From NCBI GenBank assembly GCA_964536205.1, contig CAZHVT010000003.1:12271-72897 (forward strand): a DNA stretch of 60,627 bases, written 5' to 3'. Of the stretch, positions 5,938-16,200 are shown piece after piece (position 1 is the stretch's first letter; each line of letters starts with the position of its first letter). The translations under genes were made by a program, and so were the position numbers. Source of the DNA: an uncultured Gammaproteobacteria bacterium. GTDB lineage: Bacteria; Patescibacteriota; Patescibacteriia; Magasanikbacterales; GCA-002688135. The notes beneath the pieces were generated by a model. That model had not been told where the DNA came from. It ran no database searches and was given only the letters and a program-made list of their open reading frames with translations.

Positions 5938-8784
5938 ATGTACAGCACGAACATCAAATCAGTACGAAAGCGCAGCGGAGAGATTGTAGATTTTGAACCA
6001 GAGAAATTGCATGAGGCAATGCGCAAGGCTTTTGTGCATGAGACTGGCGGTGCAGATGATAAGGGTTTGCGTGAGTTGGCTTCCGAGGTGGTGAAGTTGT
6101 TGAATGCGAATTTTGTAGATCGTACGCCGAGTGTTGAGGATGTTCAAAATATTGTTGAGCAAGTGCTCATGGAGCATGGTCATTTTCGCGTTGCTAAGGC
6201 ATATATTATTTATCGATACGAGCATCAGAAACAGCGAGAGGAAAAAGTAGAAGAGGTTATCAAGAAAATTGAGGAAGAGGGTTTGTATATTACAAAACGA
6301 AATGGCAAGCGAGAATTGTTTTCGATGGAGAAGTTGATTGCAAGTTTGTCTCATTCAGCTCAAGGCTATGAGGATAGTGTTGATGTGAAAGCGCTTGCGC
6401 AGCAATGTCGCAGTGAGTTGTATGATGATATTAAGGCTGCAGATATTGAGCGCGCTTTAGTGATGGTGGCGCGATCATCGATTGAGCGAGATCCTGCATA
6501 TTCAAAAGTTGCATCACGCATTCTTTTGAATCGATTGTATAAGAATGTTGTGGGGATTGAGAAGATTGAATTTAGCAATTTGGATGAGCAGTTGCGTCGT
6601 GCATTTGCTGAATCAATTCATAAAGGCGCGCAGATTGGAAAACTCGATCCACGTATGTTGTTGTTCGATTTAGGATATCTTTCGACGAAGATTGATTTTT
6701 CCCGTAATGAATTGTTCGAATATTTGGGTGTGCAGACGTTGGCGGATCGATATTTCATTCAAAATCCGGTGACAGGTGAGAAATTGGAAACACCACAGAT
6801 TTTTTGGATGCGTGTAGCGATGGGGTTGGCGATTAATGAACCAGCAGCACAACGTGATGCGCGCGCGGTTGAATTTTATGAGAATATGTCGCAGTTGTTA
6901 TTCGTGCCTTCTACACCGACGTTATTTCATGCAGGAACGGCGCATCCACAACTTTCAAGTTGTTATTTGACGACGATTGAAGATTCTCTCGATCATATTT
7001 TTAAATGTCTTGGAGATAATGCGCAATTATCGAAATGGTCTGGAGGGATTGGAAATGATTGGACGAATTTGCGTGGAACAGGAGCTCTCATTAAAGGAAC
7101 GGGAGTTGAGTCTCAAGGAACAGTTCCATTTTTGAAGATTGCAAATGATACGACTGTGGCGATTAATCGTTCAGGACGTCGTCGTGGTGCAACGTGTGCA
7201 TACATGGAAAATTGGCATATTGATTTTGAAGATTTTATTGAGTTGCGAAAAAATACCGGAGATGAGCGTCGACGTACGCATGACATGAATACAGCTGCGT
7301 GGATTCCGGATTTGTTTATGAAGCGTGTGCAAGAGGATGGTCAGTGGACATTATTTTCTCCTGAAGAAGTTCCTGAATTGCATCATATTTACGGAAAGGA
7401 ATTTGAGGAGAAATATATTACATATGAGGAAAAGGCTGCGGCAGGGGAGTTGGCGTTGTTTAAGATTATGCCAGCGAAGGAATTGTGGAAGAAGATGTTG
7501 ACGATGTTGTTTGAGACAGGGCATCCGTGGGTGACATTTAAGGATCCATCAAATATTCGTTCACCGCAGGATCATGTGGGTGTGGTGCATTCATCAAATT
7601 TGTGTACGGAAATTACGTTGAATACTTCGGCGGATGAAACGGCTGTGTGTAATTTGGGGAGTGTAAATTTGTCTCGTCATATTAAGGATGGGGTTTTGGA
7701 TGAGGATAAAATTCGCGCGACGGTTACGACGGGAATGCGCATGTTGGATAATGTGGTTGATGCGAATTTTTATCCGACGAAGGAAGCGAAATATTCGAAT
7801 ATGCGGCATCGTCCGGTGGGGATGGGTGTGATGGGATTTCAGGATGCGTTGTATCAGATGAATATTAATTTTGATAGTGAGGAGTGTGTGCAGTTTGCTG
7901 ATCGATCTGAAGAGATAATTTCGTACTATGCGTTTTTGGCTTCGTCTCAATTGGCGCAGGAGCGGGGAGCGTATTCAACATTTGAGGGTTCGAAATGGGA
8001 TCGTGGGATTTTCCCGGTTGATACGGTTGATTTGTTGGAGGCGGAGCGTGGGGTTGCGATTGATACACCTCGTGAGGGGCAGATGGATTGGGCGCCGGTT
8101 CGTGCGAGTGTCGCTCAATATGGATTGCGTAATTCAAATTGTTTGGCTGTGGCACCGACCGCGACGATTGCAAATATTTCTGGATGTACGCCGACGATTG
8201 AGCCGATCTATAAAAATATTTATGTGAAGTCGAATGCTTCTGGTGATTTCACGGTGGTGAATAAAATGTTGGTGAAAGAATTGAAAGCACTGAATTTATG
8301 GGATGATGAGATGTTGGGGAAATTGAAATATAATGATGGATCGATTGCAAAGATTACAGAGATTCCAGAAAATGTGCGTGAGAAATATAAAGAAGTGTTT
8401 GAGATTGATGCGCGATGGTTGATGCGTGCGGCTGCGCGACGTGGGAAATGGATTGATCAATCGCAATCTATGAATGTGTTTTATGCAGGGAAATCTGGAA
8501 AGGATATTTCGGATTTGTATTTGTATGCGTGGAAGCTTGGTTTGAAGACGACATATTATTTGCGAACTCTTGCGGTTTCACAGGTTGAGAAGTCTACTGT
8601 CGCGACACAGCAGTTTGGTGATACGCATAAGCGGTCGACTGGTGTTGCAGCGAAAGATGCAGTTTCTGCTCCAGTCGCTGTTGAAACAGCCGCATCACAA
8701 GGAAATCTTACAGAAGAAAAGGTTCCTGCTGGAGAAATTAAGCTGTGTCGCATCGAAGATCCGGATTGTGAAGCATGCCAGTAG
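5938..8784 (+). CDS. nrdA: Ribonucleoside-diphosphate reductase alpha subunit (class I), with N-terminal ATP-cone
   Basis: ATP-cone N-terminus (VRKRSGEIVDFEPEKL), NLCTEI active site, C-terminal Cys pair; nrdB downstream. Confidence 0.9.
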   Translation: MYSTNIKSVRKRSGEIVDFEPEKLHEAMRKAFVHETGGADDKGLRELASEVVKLLNANFVDRTPSVEDVQNIVEQVLMEHGHFRVAKAYIIYRYEHQKQREEKVEEVIKKIEEEGLYITKRNGKRELFSMEKLIASLSHSAQGYEDSVDVKALAQQCRSELYDDIKAADIERALVMVARSSIERDPAYSKVASRILLNRLYKNVVGIEKIEFSNLDEQLRRAFAESIHKGAQIGKLDPRMLLFDLGYLSTKIDFSRNELFEYLGVQTLADRYFIQNPVTGEKLETPQIFWMRVAMGLAINEPAAQRDARAVEFYENMSQLLFVPSTPTLFHAGTAHPQLSSCYLTTIEDSLDHIFKCLGDNAQLSKWSGGIGNDWTNLRGTGALIKGTGVESQGTVPFLKIANDTTVAINRSGRRRGATCAYMENWHIDFEDFIELRKNTGDERRRTHDMNTAAWIPDLFMKRVQEDGQWTLFSPEEVPELHHIYGKEFEEKYITYEEKAAAGELALFKIMPAKELWKKMLTMLFETGHPWVTFKDPSNIRSPQDHVGVVHSSNLCTEITLNTSADETAVCNLGSVNLSRHIKDGVLDEDKIRATVTTGMRMLDNVVDANFYPTKEAKYSNMRHRPVGMGVMGFQDALYQMNINFDSEECVQFADRSEEIISYYAFLASSQLAQERGAYSTFEGSKWDRGIFPVDTVDLLEAERGVAIDTPREGQMDWAPVRASVAQYGLRNSNCLAVAPTATIANISGCTPTIEPIYKNIYVKSNASGDFTVVNKMLVKELKALNLWDDEMLGKLKYNDGSIAKITEIPENVREKYKEVFEIDARWLMRAAARRGKWIDQSQSMNVFYAGKSGKDISDLYLYAWKLGLKTTYYLRTLAVSQVEKSTVATQQFGDTHKRSTGVAAKDAVSAPVAVETAASQGNLTEEKVPAGEIKLCRIEDPDCEACQ

Positions 8785-8793
8785 CACCAACGC

Positions 8794-8830
8794 GTCATCC
8801 TGAGCTTGTCGAAGGATCTCGTGAGGATGC
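8794..8830. repeat. GTCATCC-family palindromic repeat (GTCATCCTGAGCTTGTCGAAGGATCTCGTGAGGATGC)
   Basis: Related copies at 35365-35438, 60462-60494 and 18712-18749. Confidence 0.7.
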
Positions 8831-8903
8831 AAAATTAAAAATGTAACATCAAAAATCAAAAACACAGATTTAAGATTAAAAATTTTCGCGTTTTGCAATG
8901 CTC

Positions 8904-8941
8904 AATCAACTGTCATTGCGAGGAGGAACGACGAAGCAATC
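8904..8941. repeat. GTCATTGCGAGGAGG(A/T)ACGACGAAGCAATC repeat (variant B), immediately upstream of the NUDIX gene
   Basis: Near-identical copy at 13137-13174. Confidence 0.7.
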
Positions 8942-8944
8942 TAT

Positions 8945-9394
8945 ATGGAAATACAAAGACCAAAAGTAGGATTGGGAGTTATGGTGATGAAAGAAGGAAA
9001 AGTTTTGTTGGGCAAACGACGTGGTGCTCATGGTGAAGGACAGTATGCATGGCCAGGAGGGCATATGGAATATATGGAGAGTTTTGAACAATGTGCAAAA
9101 AGAGAGGTTATGGAAGAGGCTGGGATTGAGATTCAGAATGTGCGTTTTTTGCGAGTGATGAATTTGGTGCAATATGCGCCCAAGCATTACGTTGATATTG
9201 GATTGATGTGTGAATGGAAGTCTGGGGAAGTTCGTGTGTGTGAACCAGATCGTTGTGAGAGTTGGGCGTGGTATGATATTGATGATTTACCTCGTCCTCT
9301 ATTTCATACTATTGAATCATATATCGAAGCTTACAGAACTGGAAAGAATTTTTTTGACTATGAATATCAAAAAGAAAAGGAAGTGGTGATGTAG
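8945..9394 (+). CDS. NUDIX hydrolase
   Basis: Nudix box GGHMEYMESFEQCAKREVMEEAGI (GX5EX7REUXEEXGU). Confidence 0.85.
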   Translation: MEIQRPKVGLGVMVMKEGKVLLGKRRGAHGEGQYAWPGGHMEYMESFEQCAKREVMEEAGIEIQNVRFLRVMNLVQYAPKHYVDIGLMCEWKSGEVRVCEPDRCESWAWYDIDDLPRPLFHTIESYIEAYRTGKNFFDYEYQKEKEVVM

Positions 9395-9450
9395 TTTTGA
9401 ATTTTGAATTGTGGTTTTTAATTTTTAGCTTTGAGTTTTGATTTAATAAG

Positions 9451-9497
9451 GGATCCCTCGACTGCGCTCGGGATGACAATGGGGCGCTCGGGATGAC
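9451..9497. repeat. GTCATCCCGAGCG..GAGGGATCC-type repeat (reverse orientation) plus partial tandem duplicate GCGCTCGGGATGACAATGG x2
   Basis: Direct read. Confidence 0.65.
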
Positions 9498-9506
9498 AAT
9501 GGAAAT

Positions 9507-10541
9507 ATGCCAATAACAAAAACGAACGAACCAGTCGACATCAACAAACGTCGTATTATCAACGGCGAAGATGCTGATGTGATGCAGTTATATCCCATGA
9601 AACATACGTTTGCGTGGGATGCGTATAATGCGGGGAATGCAAATCATTGGTTACCAACGGAGATTTCTATGCAGCGTGATATTGAGCATTGGAAATCACC
9701 GACGTTTTTGACGCCAGAGGAGAAAAAGGCATTTGAAACAGTGTTAGGGTTTTTTACGACTGCTGATTCGATTGCAGCGAATAATATTGTGATTGCGTTT
9801 TATAAACATATTTCATCGCCGGAATGTAGGATGTATATGTTGCGACAATCATATGAAGAGGCGATTCATACGCATGCATATCAGTATATTGTGGAATCGT
9901 TGGCGTTGGATGAAGGGAAAATCTTTAATATGTATCGTGAAGTTGATGCGATTTATAATAAGGCGTCGTTTGTTTTGACCTTTAATGAAGGAATTTTCAA
10001 TCCAGAATTTAAAACAGGCACATTTGAGAATGATCAGAAATTTTTGGAGAACATGTGTGTATTCGCGTTGATTTTGGAAGGGATTTTCTTTTATTCATCG
10101 TTTGCGGTGATGTTTGGATTTCAGCGTCAGAATAAAATGATGGGATCGGCCGAGCAGATTCAATACATCATGCGAGACGAATCTCAGCATCTCAATTTTG
10201 GCATTAACATGATTAATACGATTAAAGAAGAACAACCAGAATTGTGGACGCCGGAATTTCAACAACATATTGTGAATTTAGTTCGTGAAGCTGCAACGCT
10301 TGAATACACATATGCACAAACGGTTTTTCCGAAGGGGATTTTTGGAATGAATGCTGATGGATTTAAACAATATATTGAATATATTGCTGATCGTCGGTTG
10401 TCGCGTGTTGGATTACCGTTGCAGTTTAATGTGACAAATCCATTTCCATGGATGAGTGAGGCAATTGATTTATCGAAAGAAAAAAACTTTTTTGAAACAC
10501 GAGTGACTGAATATCAGACAGGTGGTACTCTTGATTGGTAG
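9507..10541 (+). CDS. nrdB: Ribonucleoside-diphosphate reductase beta subunit (class I, ferritin-like)
   Basis: EEAIHTHAY and later E/H ligand motifs. Confidence 0.9.
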   Translation: MPITKTNEPVDINKRRIINGEDADVMQLYPMKHTFAWDAYNAGNANHWLPTEISMQRDIEHWKSPTFLTPEEKKAFETVLGFFTTADSIAANNIVIAFYKHISSPECRMYMLRQSYEEAIHTHAYQYIVESLALDEGKIFNMYREVDAIYNKASFVLTFNEGIFNPEFKTGTFENDQKFLENMCVFALILEGIFFYSSFAVMFGFQRQNKMMGSAEQIQYIMRDESQHLNFGINMINTIKEEQPELWTPEFQQHIVNLVREAATLEYTYAQTVFPKGIFGMNADGFKQYIEYIADRRLSRVGLPLQFNVTNPFPWMSEAIDLSKEKNFFETRVTEYQTGGTLDW

Positions 10542-10549
10542 TAATACAT

Positions 10550-10622
10550 GTCATCCCGGCGTAGGCCGGGATCCATCTTGCTAAACAGCATGGATCCCGG
10601 CCTACGCCGGGATGACTTTTTT
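10550..10622 (+). terminator. 67-bp perfect palindrome made of two inverted GTCATCCCGGCGTAGGCCGGGATCC repeat units, followed by a T6 tract; nrdB terminator
   Basis: GTCATCCCGGCGTAGGCCGGGATCCAT..ATGGATCCCGGCCTACGCCGGGATGAC then TTTTTT. Confidence 0.7.
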
Positions 10623-10649
10623 GTTGAGCGAGATATTTATCGTTTTTTA

Positions 10650-10658
10650 TGTTATAAT
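10650..10658 (+). promoter_or_regulatory. Extended -10 promoter TGTTATAAT
   Basis: TGnTATAAT about 27 nt upstream of the 10685 ATG. Confidence 0.4.
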
Positions 10659-10684
10659 GAAAAACTAATTAAATAAGTATTGGT

Positions 10685-11080
10685 ATGAAGAAACCAAATA
10701 CAAGTATGGCGATGTGGGTATTGCGCATCGCAGTTGCCGGAGAATTTATCGGACACGGTGTGTTCGCGATTCAAGGTAAAGAGCAGTGGATTGGGTGGAT
10801 GCAACAAATGTTGAATGTCGATCTTGCGACAGCAACACAGTTGCTCGTATATGTGGGATATATGGATATCCTTGTCGCCCTTATCGTTTTGCTCAAGCCA
10901 ATTCGTGCGGTCGTTTTGTGGGCTGCGCTATGGGGATTGTGGACAGCGCTCGTTCGTCCGCTTACTGGAGGAGATTGGTGGGATTTTGTTGAGAGATGGG
11001 CGAATTGGGGTGCACCGCTTGCATTATTGTACTTGATGGGAATGCCATCAAAAGCAAAAGAATGGTGGAGTGCTAAATAA
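10685..11080 (+). CDS. Small 4-TM membrane protein, DoxX-like (tentative)
   Basis: Hydrophobic profile; weak motif resemblance. Confidence 0.4.
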   Translation: MKKPNTSMAMWVLRIAVAGEFIGHGVFAIQGKEQWIGWMQQMLNVDLATATQLLVYVGYMDILVALIVLLKPIRAVVLWAALWGLWTALVRPLTGGDWWDFVERWANWGAPLALLYLMGMPSKAKEWWSAK

Positions 11081-11118
11081 ACTTCACATAGATTCTACGT
11101 CGAAAGGAGGTGAAAAAC

Positions 11119-11388
11119 ATGGCGAAAAAATCAAAATCAAAACGAAATCATCATTCATACAGTGTACATAGGCTAGGTCTGTTTTTTGTGGCAGTCTTTA
11201 CATTGTGCTTTTTTTGGGGATTTATCAATTCAGCTGAGCCGGCGCTACACATGAGTCTGATGAAACTTTCATTCATCGGATTTGAAGGAATGGACTCTCA
11301 GAGTTTTTTCTTCGGTGCAGTACAGGTTTATTTGTGGGCTTGGATTTACGGATTTGCATGGCACTCAATTATGCCTGCAAAAAAATAA
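11119..11388 (+). CDS. Small membrane protein
   Basis: AGGAGG SD 8 nt upstream of ATG 11119; two hydrophobic segments. Confidence 0.4.
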   Translation: MAKKSKSKRNHHSYSVHRLGLFFVAVFTLCFFWGFINSAEPALHMSLMKLSFIGFEGMDSQSFFFGAVQVYLWAWIYGFAWHSIMPAKK

Positions 11389-11465
11389 GAAGGGATCAAA
11401 AAACCTCGGATGCATGGAGGTTTTTTGTTTGCTCAAATATTTGATATTCGCTAAAATATAGTTCT

Positions 11466-12248
11466 ATGAGTATCAATCTCATTATTATTTTAGTCGTTTC
11501 AGCGGCCGGCGTGCTGGGTTTTTTGGGCGCACTTTTGTTGTTGTGGAAATCTGATCTGGTGAAGAAGGTTGCGCATTACTTTTTGTCATTTGCTGTTGGT
11601 GCGATGTTAGGAGCTGTATTTTTTGATTTGTTGCCGGAATCGTTTGAATTGCATGATCCACACAAGGCATCACTTTTGATACTGCTGGGGATTTTCGTGT
11701 TCTTTGTGGTTGAGAAAGTTTTGGTGATTCAGCATTGTCATAAGCATGGAATTGATCGTAAGGGTGGTGTGTGTGATACAACTCGATTGCATTCAGCAAC
11801 GAGTTTGGTGATTGTAGGAGATTTTATCCACAATTTTTTGGATGGGGTTTTGGTTGCAAGTGCATTTTTAGTTTCGATTCCTGTGGGGATTTCTGCTGCG
11901 ATTGCAGAGATTGCGCATGAACTTCCGCAAGAGATTGGTGATTTTTCTGTGATGATCGCATCTGGGATGAAAAAAGCTCGTGTTTTGTTTTGGAGTATAA
12001 TTTCAGAATTGGGGAGTGTGTTGGGTGCGGTGCTGGTGATTGTGTTTCATAATCGGGTTGAGGGATTGGCGGAAATGTTGTTACCGATTGCGGCTGGTGG
12101 GTTGTTGTATATTGCGTTGTCAGATTTGATTCCAGAGTTGCATCATGAAAATCGAATTAATCATTCCGTCGTGCATTTGATTTTAATTGTGTTGGGAATC
12201 GCTTTGCTTTATTTTGTTGGTCAGTCGATCGGAGCACATGGACACTAA
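11466..12248 (+). CDS. zupT: ZIP-family metal transporter (ZupT-like)
   Basis: HNFLDG and HELPQE motifs; multiple TM helices. Confidence 0.8.
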   Translation: MSINLIIILVVSAAGVLGFLGALLLLWKSDLVKKVAHYFLSFAVGAMLGAVFFDLLPESFELHDPHKASLLILLGIFVFFVVEKVLVIQHCHKHGIDRKGGVCDTTRLHSATSLVIVGDFIHNFLDGVLVASAFLVSIPVGISAAIAEIAHELPQEIGDFSVMIASGMKKARVLFWSIISELGSVLGAVLVIVFHNRVEGLAEMLLPIAAGGLLYIALSDLIPELHHENRINHSVVHLILIVLGIALLYFVGQSIGAHGH

Positions 12249-12257
12249 CAGGTTTTT

Positions 12258-13121
12258 ATGAAAAAAGATAAATTTAGTGCAACGTGGGTTTCACATTCAT
12301 CGATTTCAGATTTTTTGAAATGTCCGCGTGCGTATTATTTGAAGAATGTATATAAAGATACTCGAACGGGGCATAAGGTTAAATTGATGTCTCCGGCGTT
12401 GGCGTTGGGTGGAGCGGTGCATGAGGTTTTAGAAAGTTTGAGTGTGTTGCCGAAAACTGATCGTTTTCGTGATTCATTGATCGAGAAGTTTGATGTGGTG
12501 TGGAAAAAATTTGAGGGTGAGAAGGGTGGATTTGCGAGTGATGAACAAGAGTTAAATTATAAAAAGCGTGGGCAAGATATGTTGCGACGAGTGATGCAAC
12601 ATCCAGGTCCGCTTTCTCGATTAGCGGTGAAAATCCAAATGGATTTACCGTATTTTTGGTTGAGCGAAGAAGATAATATTATTTTGTGTGGATTAATTGA
12701 TTGGTTGGAATATGATGCGGAATCGAAATCTGTGCATATTATTGATTTTAAGACGGGGAAGAATGAGGAGTCGAAGGATTCGTTGCAGTTGCCGATTTAT
12801 CGATTGTTAGTTGAGAATTGTCAGGAATGGCCGGTGGCTGGTGCTTCGTATTGGTATGTTGCACATCATGATGAACCAATTGAACAAGTATTGCCGCCAT
12901 CAGAAGAATCAAGAGAAAAAGTTTTGAAAGTTGCGCGTGACATAAAATTAGCTCGCCAAATAAAAGCATTTAAGTGTAAAAGCGATGGATGTTTTGCGTG
13001 TAAGGATTTGGAATTGATAGTTTCAGGGCAGGGGAAATTAGTTGGTGTGGATGATTATGGCGCGGATATTTATGTGTTAGAAAAAAAGGAGGAAGAAGTG
13101 AAGCAGAGTGTGATTTTGTAA
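12258..13121 (+). CDS. PD-(D/E)XK nuclease of the RecB/Cas4 type with 4-Cys (Fe-S) signature
   Basis: Motifs GGAVHEVLE, hIIDFKTGK, QLPIYRLL; N-terminal Cys (FLKCPRAYY) plus C-terminal CX5CX2C (CKSDGCFAC). Confidence 0.65.
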   Translation: MKKDKFSATWVSHSSISDFLKCPRAYYLKNVYKDTRTGHKVKLMSPALALGGAVHEVLESLSVLPKTDRFRDSLIEKFDVVWKKFEGEKGGFASDEQELNYKKRGQDMLRRVMQHPGPLSRLAVKIQMDLPYFWLSEEDNIILCGLIDWLEYDAESKSVHIIDFKTGKNEESKDSLQLPIYRLLVENCQEWPVAGASYWYVAHHDEPIEQVLPPSEESREKVLKVARDIKLARQIKAFKCKSDGCFACKDLELIVSGQGKLVGVDDYGADIYVLEKKEEEVKQSVIL

Positions 13122-13136
13122 TTTTCCACTGATTTT

Positions 13137-13208
13137 CATCAACTGTCATTGCGAGGAGGTACGACGAAGCAATCTATCAACATGGATCCCGGCCTTCGCC
13201 GGGATGAC
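13137..13208. repeat. Two adjacent repeats: variant B (GTCATTGCGAGGAGGTACGACGAAGCAATC) and variant C (CATGGATCCCGGCCTTCGCCGGGATGAC)
   Basis: Compare 8904-8941 and 10550-10616. Confidence 0.7.
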
Positions 13209-13219
13209 AAGGAGAGGAT

Positions 13220-16200
13220 ATGGACAATCCGTCCGACAAGCCACTAGTTGAGCCGAAGGTGCAACCCGAAGCTCAAGAAACAGATGTAATTACCAACCTC
13301 GACGAAGCAGTCGAGGAATTTAAGGGTGAGAAATTTCATGATTTCCCGGAGGTTTTAAGAGAGGTTGATCCATCGCTTCATCCTGCGTTGTTTACACGCA
13401 TGCTTGCGTGCAAAGATCCACGTACTGTGGGAGCGATTGAGAATATTCGGGCATTTCAAGGTATCACAGTTGATGAAGCGTTAGAGGAATTGATGCAGAC
13501 CAAGGAAGCGCATTGGATTCTTCGTGTTCTTGATCGATATCCTGAGATCGATGTTATGAAGTTAGTGGATTCGATTATTGAGCACGATGAAGTTCGTTCT
13601 ATTGCTTACGACATTCAAAATATTGATCCAAAACTTCATGACGCTGTAGCTACAAAAATGCTTGCCGGCGGGGGGACGGTGCTTGAGATATTTGATGGTC
13701 AGCTTGATCATAAGTTTCAGAATTTGGGAATGGATAAGTTGCAGGCGTTGTATGCTTATTGGGTTACACAAGATGGCAGAACCGATAGAGACAAAGATGT
13801 TTTTGTGAGTATATTATGGGAGAACATGGAATCGTTTGCAGTTCCTCATTCTGAAATTATTACGTTTTTGCGAAAGCATGGTTTGGAGCAATATATAAAA
13901 AATGGTATTTCGCGATTTAACATGCCATTTGGTCGTGAGAATGGTTTGTGGTTGTTGGAAGTCGGTGGAGATCGTGTACAAGAAAGATTACTTCATAACG
14001 CCGAGTTATTTTCAGATTCGGTTTCCCGTGAGGAGATTTTTAATGTGTGGTGGCCGAATACAAGTCGCCGACGTATGCTTGCGAACAATCTTTTGTATTT
14101 TGAGGAATTTTTAGATGATGAGAAGTTACGGGAATTGGTTTCGCAGGGATACAAAGATTCTGTTGCTGAGCTTTTTTTGGCAGATCCTGAGGGTGATAAG
14201 GAGACGGCAATTCAGCGTTGTTTTGAGTTTGGTTTATCTGCAGCCTTATTTAAAATGAAACTACGTTTTCGCGATGTTTTGAGTGATGAGGATTTACTGG
14301 GTTATTTGATTGCTGATGGGGAAGTGCAGGCACTTATGAATGGTTTGGTTTTACGATCGGCAGATTCTACGGTTGAGAGAGCTCGTGGGGAGAGTCGCAA
14401 GATTGTGATTGATCCAAAGATTGCTGCTTCCCAATTGTATGATGCGGGTATGTTTACGATTTTGGCCGCTCGATTACGTATGTTTGGTGATGCGGTTGAC
14501 CATGATGATTTAGCGAAAAGATTGCTTGCGGAATATGATGTAAAAATGGAGGAGTATAAGGAGAGAGTAACAGCTGCGGGTATTGAGGATTCTTTGAGTC
14601 GAGAGGCAAAGCCTGATTTTCATGGATCTCCATTGGTGAAATTTTATCCACAATTTCAGAGATTGAGCTCTGATACATTATTGGAAATTATGAGTCGTGG
14701 TGCGGCGAATAAAGTTTTGACTCATCGAAAAAATCAGCCTCGAATTTTGGAGGATGAGTTGATTATCCCACATGAAATTTCAAAAAGGGTGGTAGATATG
14801 TTATTGGAGACGGGGCAAATTGATGCATTGGCAACTCATATTGATCAGTTTGATGATACGTTTGATCGTAATGAGTTGGCTCATAAAATACTTGATATTA
14901 AGCCAATTACATTTGTTTTGGGTAGTCGATTGGAAAAGTGGCGTGGGTTGCGTGATGATGTTGCGAGACGTTTGGTTGGGATAGGTTATCCTTTTGAATT
15001 AATGAGGCATGCTGATGAGTCTTTTGAGCAGTTATCATCTGGTACGATTGAGCTTGTGACAGACGAGGCTGCGCGAGATGGGCATATTCTTGCTGCTGTG
15101 GAGTTTAATGAAAAACACGACTCACCGAATAAAATACTCACTCGATTGTATAAGGCGTTTGGTAATCAATTTTCTGGTGATGTGTATGCTGGTGCGGTGG
15201 AAATTTTAAGTGGATTTCTTTCAGATGATGCAGCTTCTTTGGGAGTGGTTGAGGTTGGTGAGCAGGGTTTGAATCAGTATGTGATAGGATTGCGTCGATT
15301 GAGGCATCAGTTTGTGGCTGGCCGATTTGATGATGAGGATTTTGATTCTGATTTGAAATTGAAGTGGTTTGCGAGTGTAGTTCGATATGAAGATTCTGAA
15401 TGGGGTAGACATGATATGGATTCGTTGAGGCGTTTGAAAGATGATTTTTTTAAGTTGTACAAGGCTGGAGAGTTAGTTGAGATGCCAGCAGGGTATGAAT
15501 CAGCGATCGTACAAGTGGGTAAAATTGATCGTGAGGCAGTTGAGGCTTTTGAACATAGTGAGGGTTTTTTGTCCCGATATCAGCAATTGCTTGGTTCTAT
15601 TGTGGAGGCTTGGAGGTTGTATGGAGCTGATTCGTGGCGTGAAGAAAACAAGGAAAGTGAGCAGTCTTCTGGGTTGAATATTATGTTGGAAAATTTAAAA
15701 ACAAAACGAGAGGATTTGCTGTCGAAACTGCATCATAAAAAAGTCGAAATTGTTGAGAGTGTGCGTGAGCGTGGTGGGGATCCTGTGCGTGCGGCGACAG
15801 GATTAAATAAGCGTATAGAAAAGCTTGAGGGTTTAGATTTGGATTCAATTTCTCATCCGCAGAAATTGTTTAATGTTTTGCGTTCGTATAAGGGGGTTTT
15901 TGATGAGGAGCTTCGGCAGATTATGTTTTATTTTGCATTTGCAAAGCATGAAGGTCAGCGGGATATTGATTGGGGGGTTTTTGATCAAGAGAATCCAACT
16001 ATGGAAGATTTGTCGGCCGTGATTAATTTTGTGGATCATATTACGAATCAAGAGACGTTAGGTGAATATTTTTCAGATAAAACTGCAGCAAAGAATTTTA
16101 AGGGCTTGATGCATGTTGGTGCGTTGGAGGAGGAATTTAAGCGATGGCAAGAGCAGGCATCTGGTTTGTCTGGAACTCGTCCGTTGCAAATTACACCGCA

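Noticed and set aside
5959-6354. Minus-strand ORFs antisense to nrdA (and similar ones antisense to nrdA at 7594-8173)
   Set aside because: Low-complexity His/Ile/Asn-rich shadow ORFs within a well-supported gene
8919-8925. GAGGAGG inside repeat variant B as the SD of the NUDIX gene
   Set aside because: 19 nt from the ATG is too far for a functional SD; at the second copy (13152) a separate proper SD follows, so the AGGAGG is part of the repeat, not a dedicated RBS
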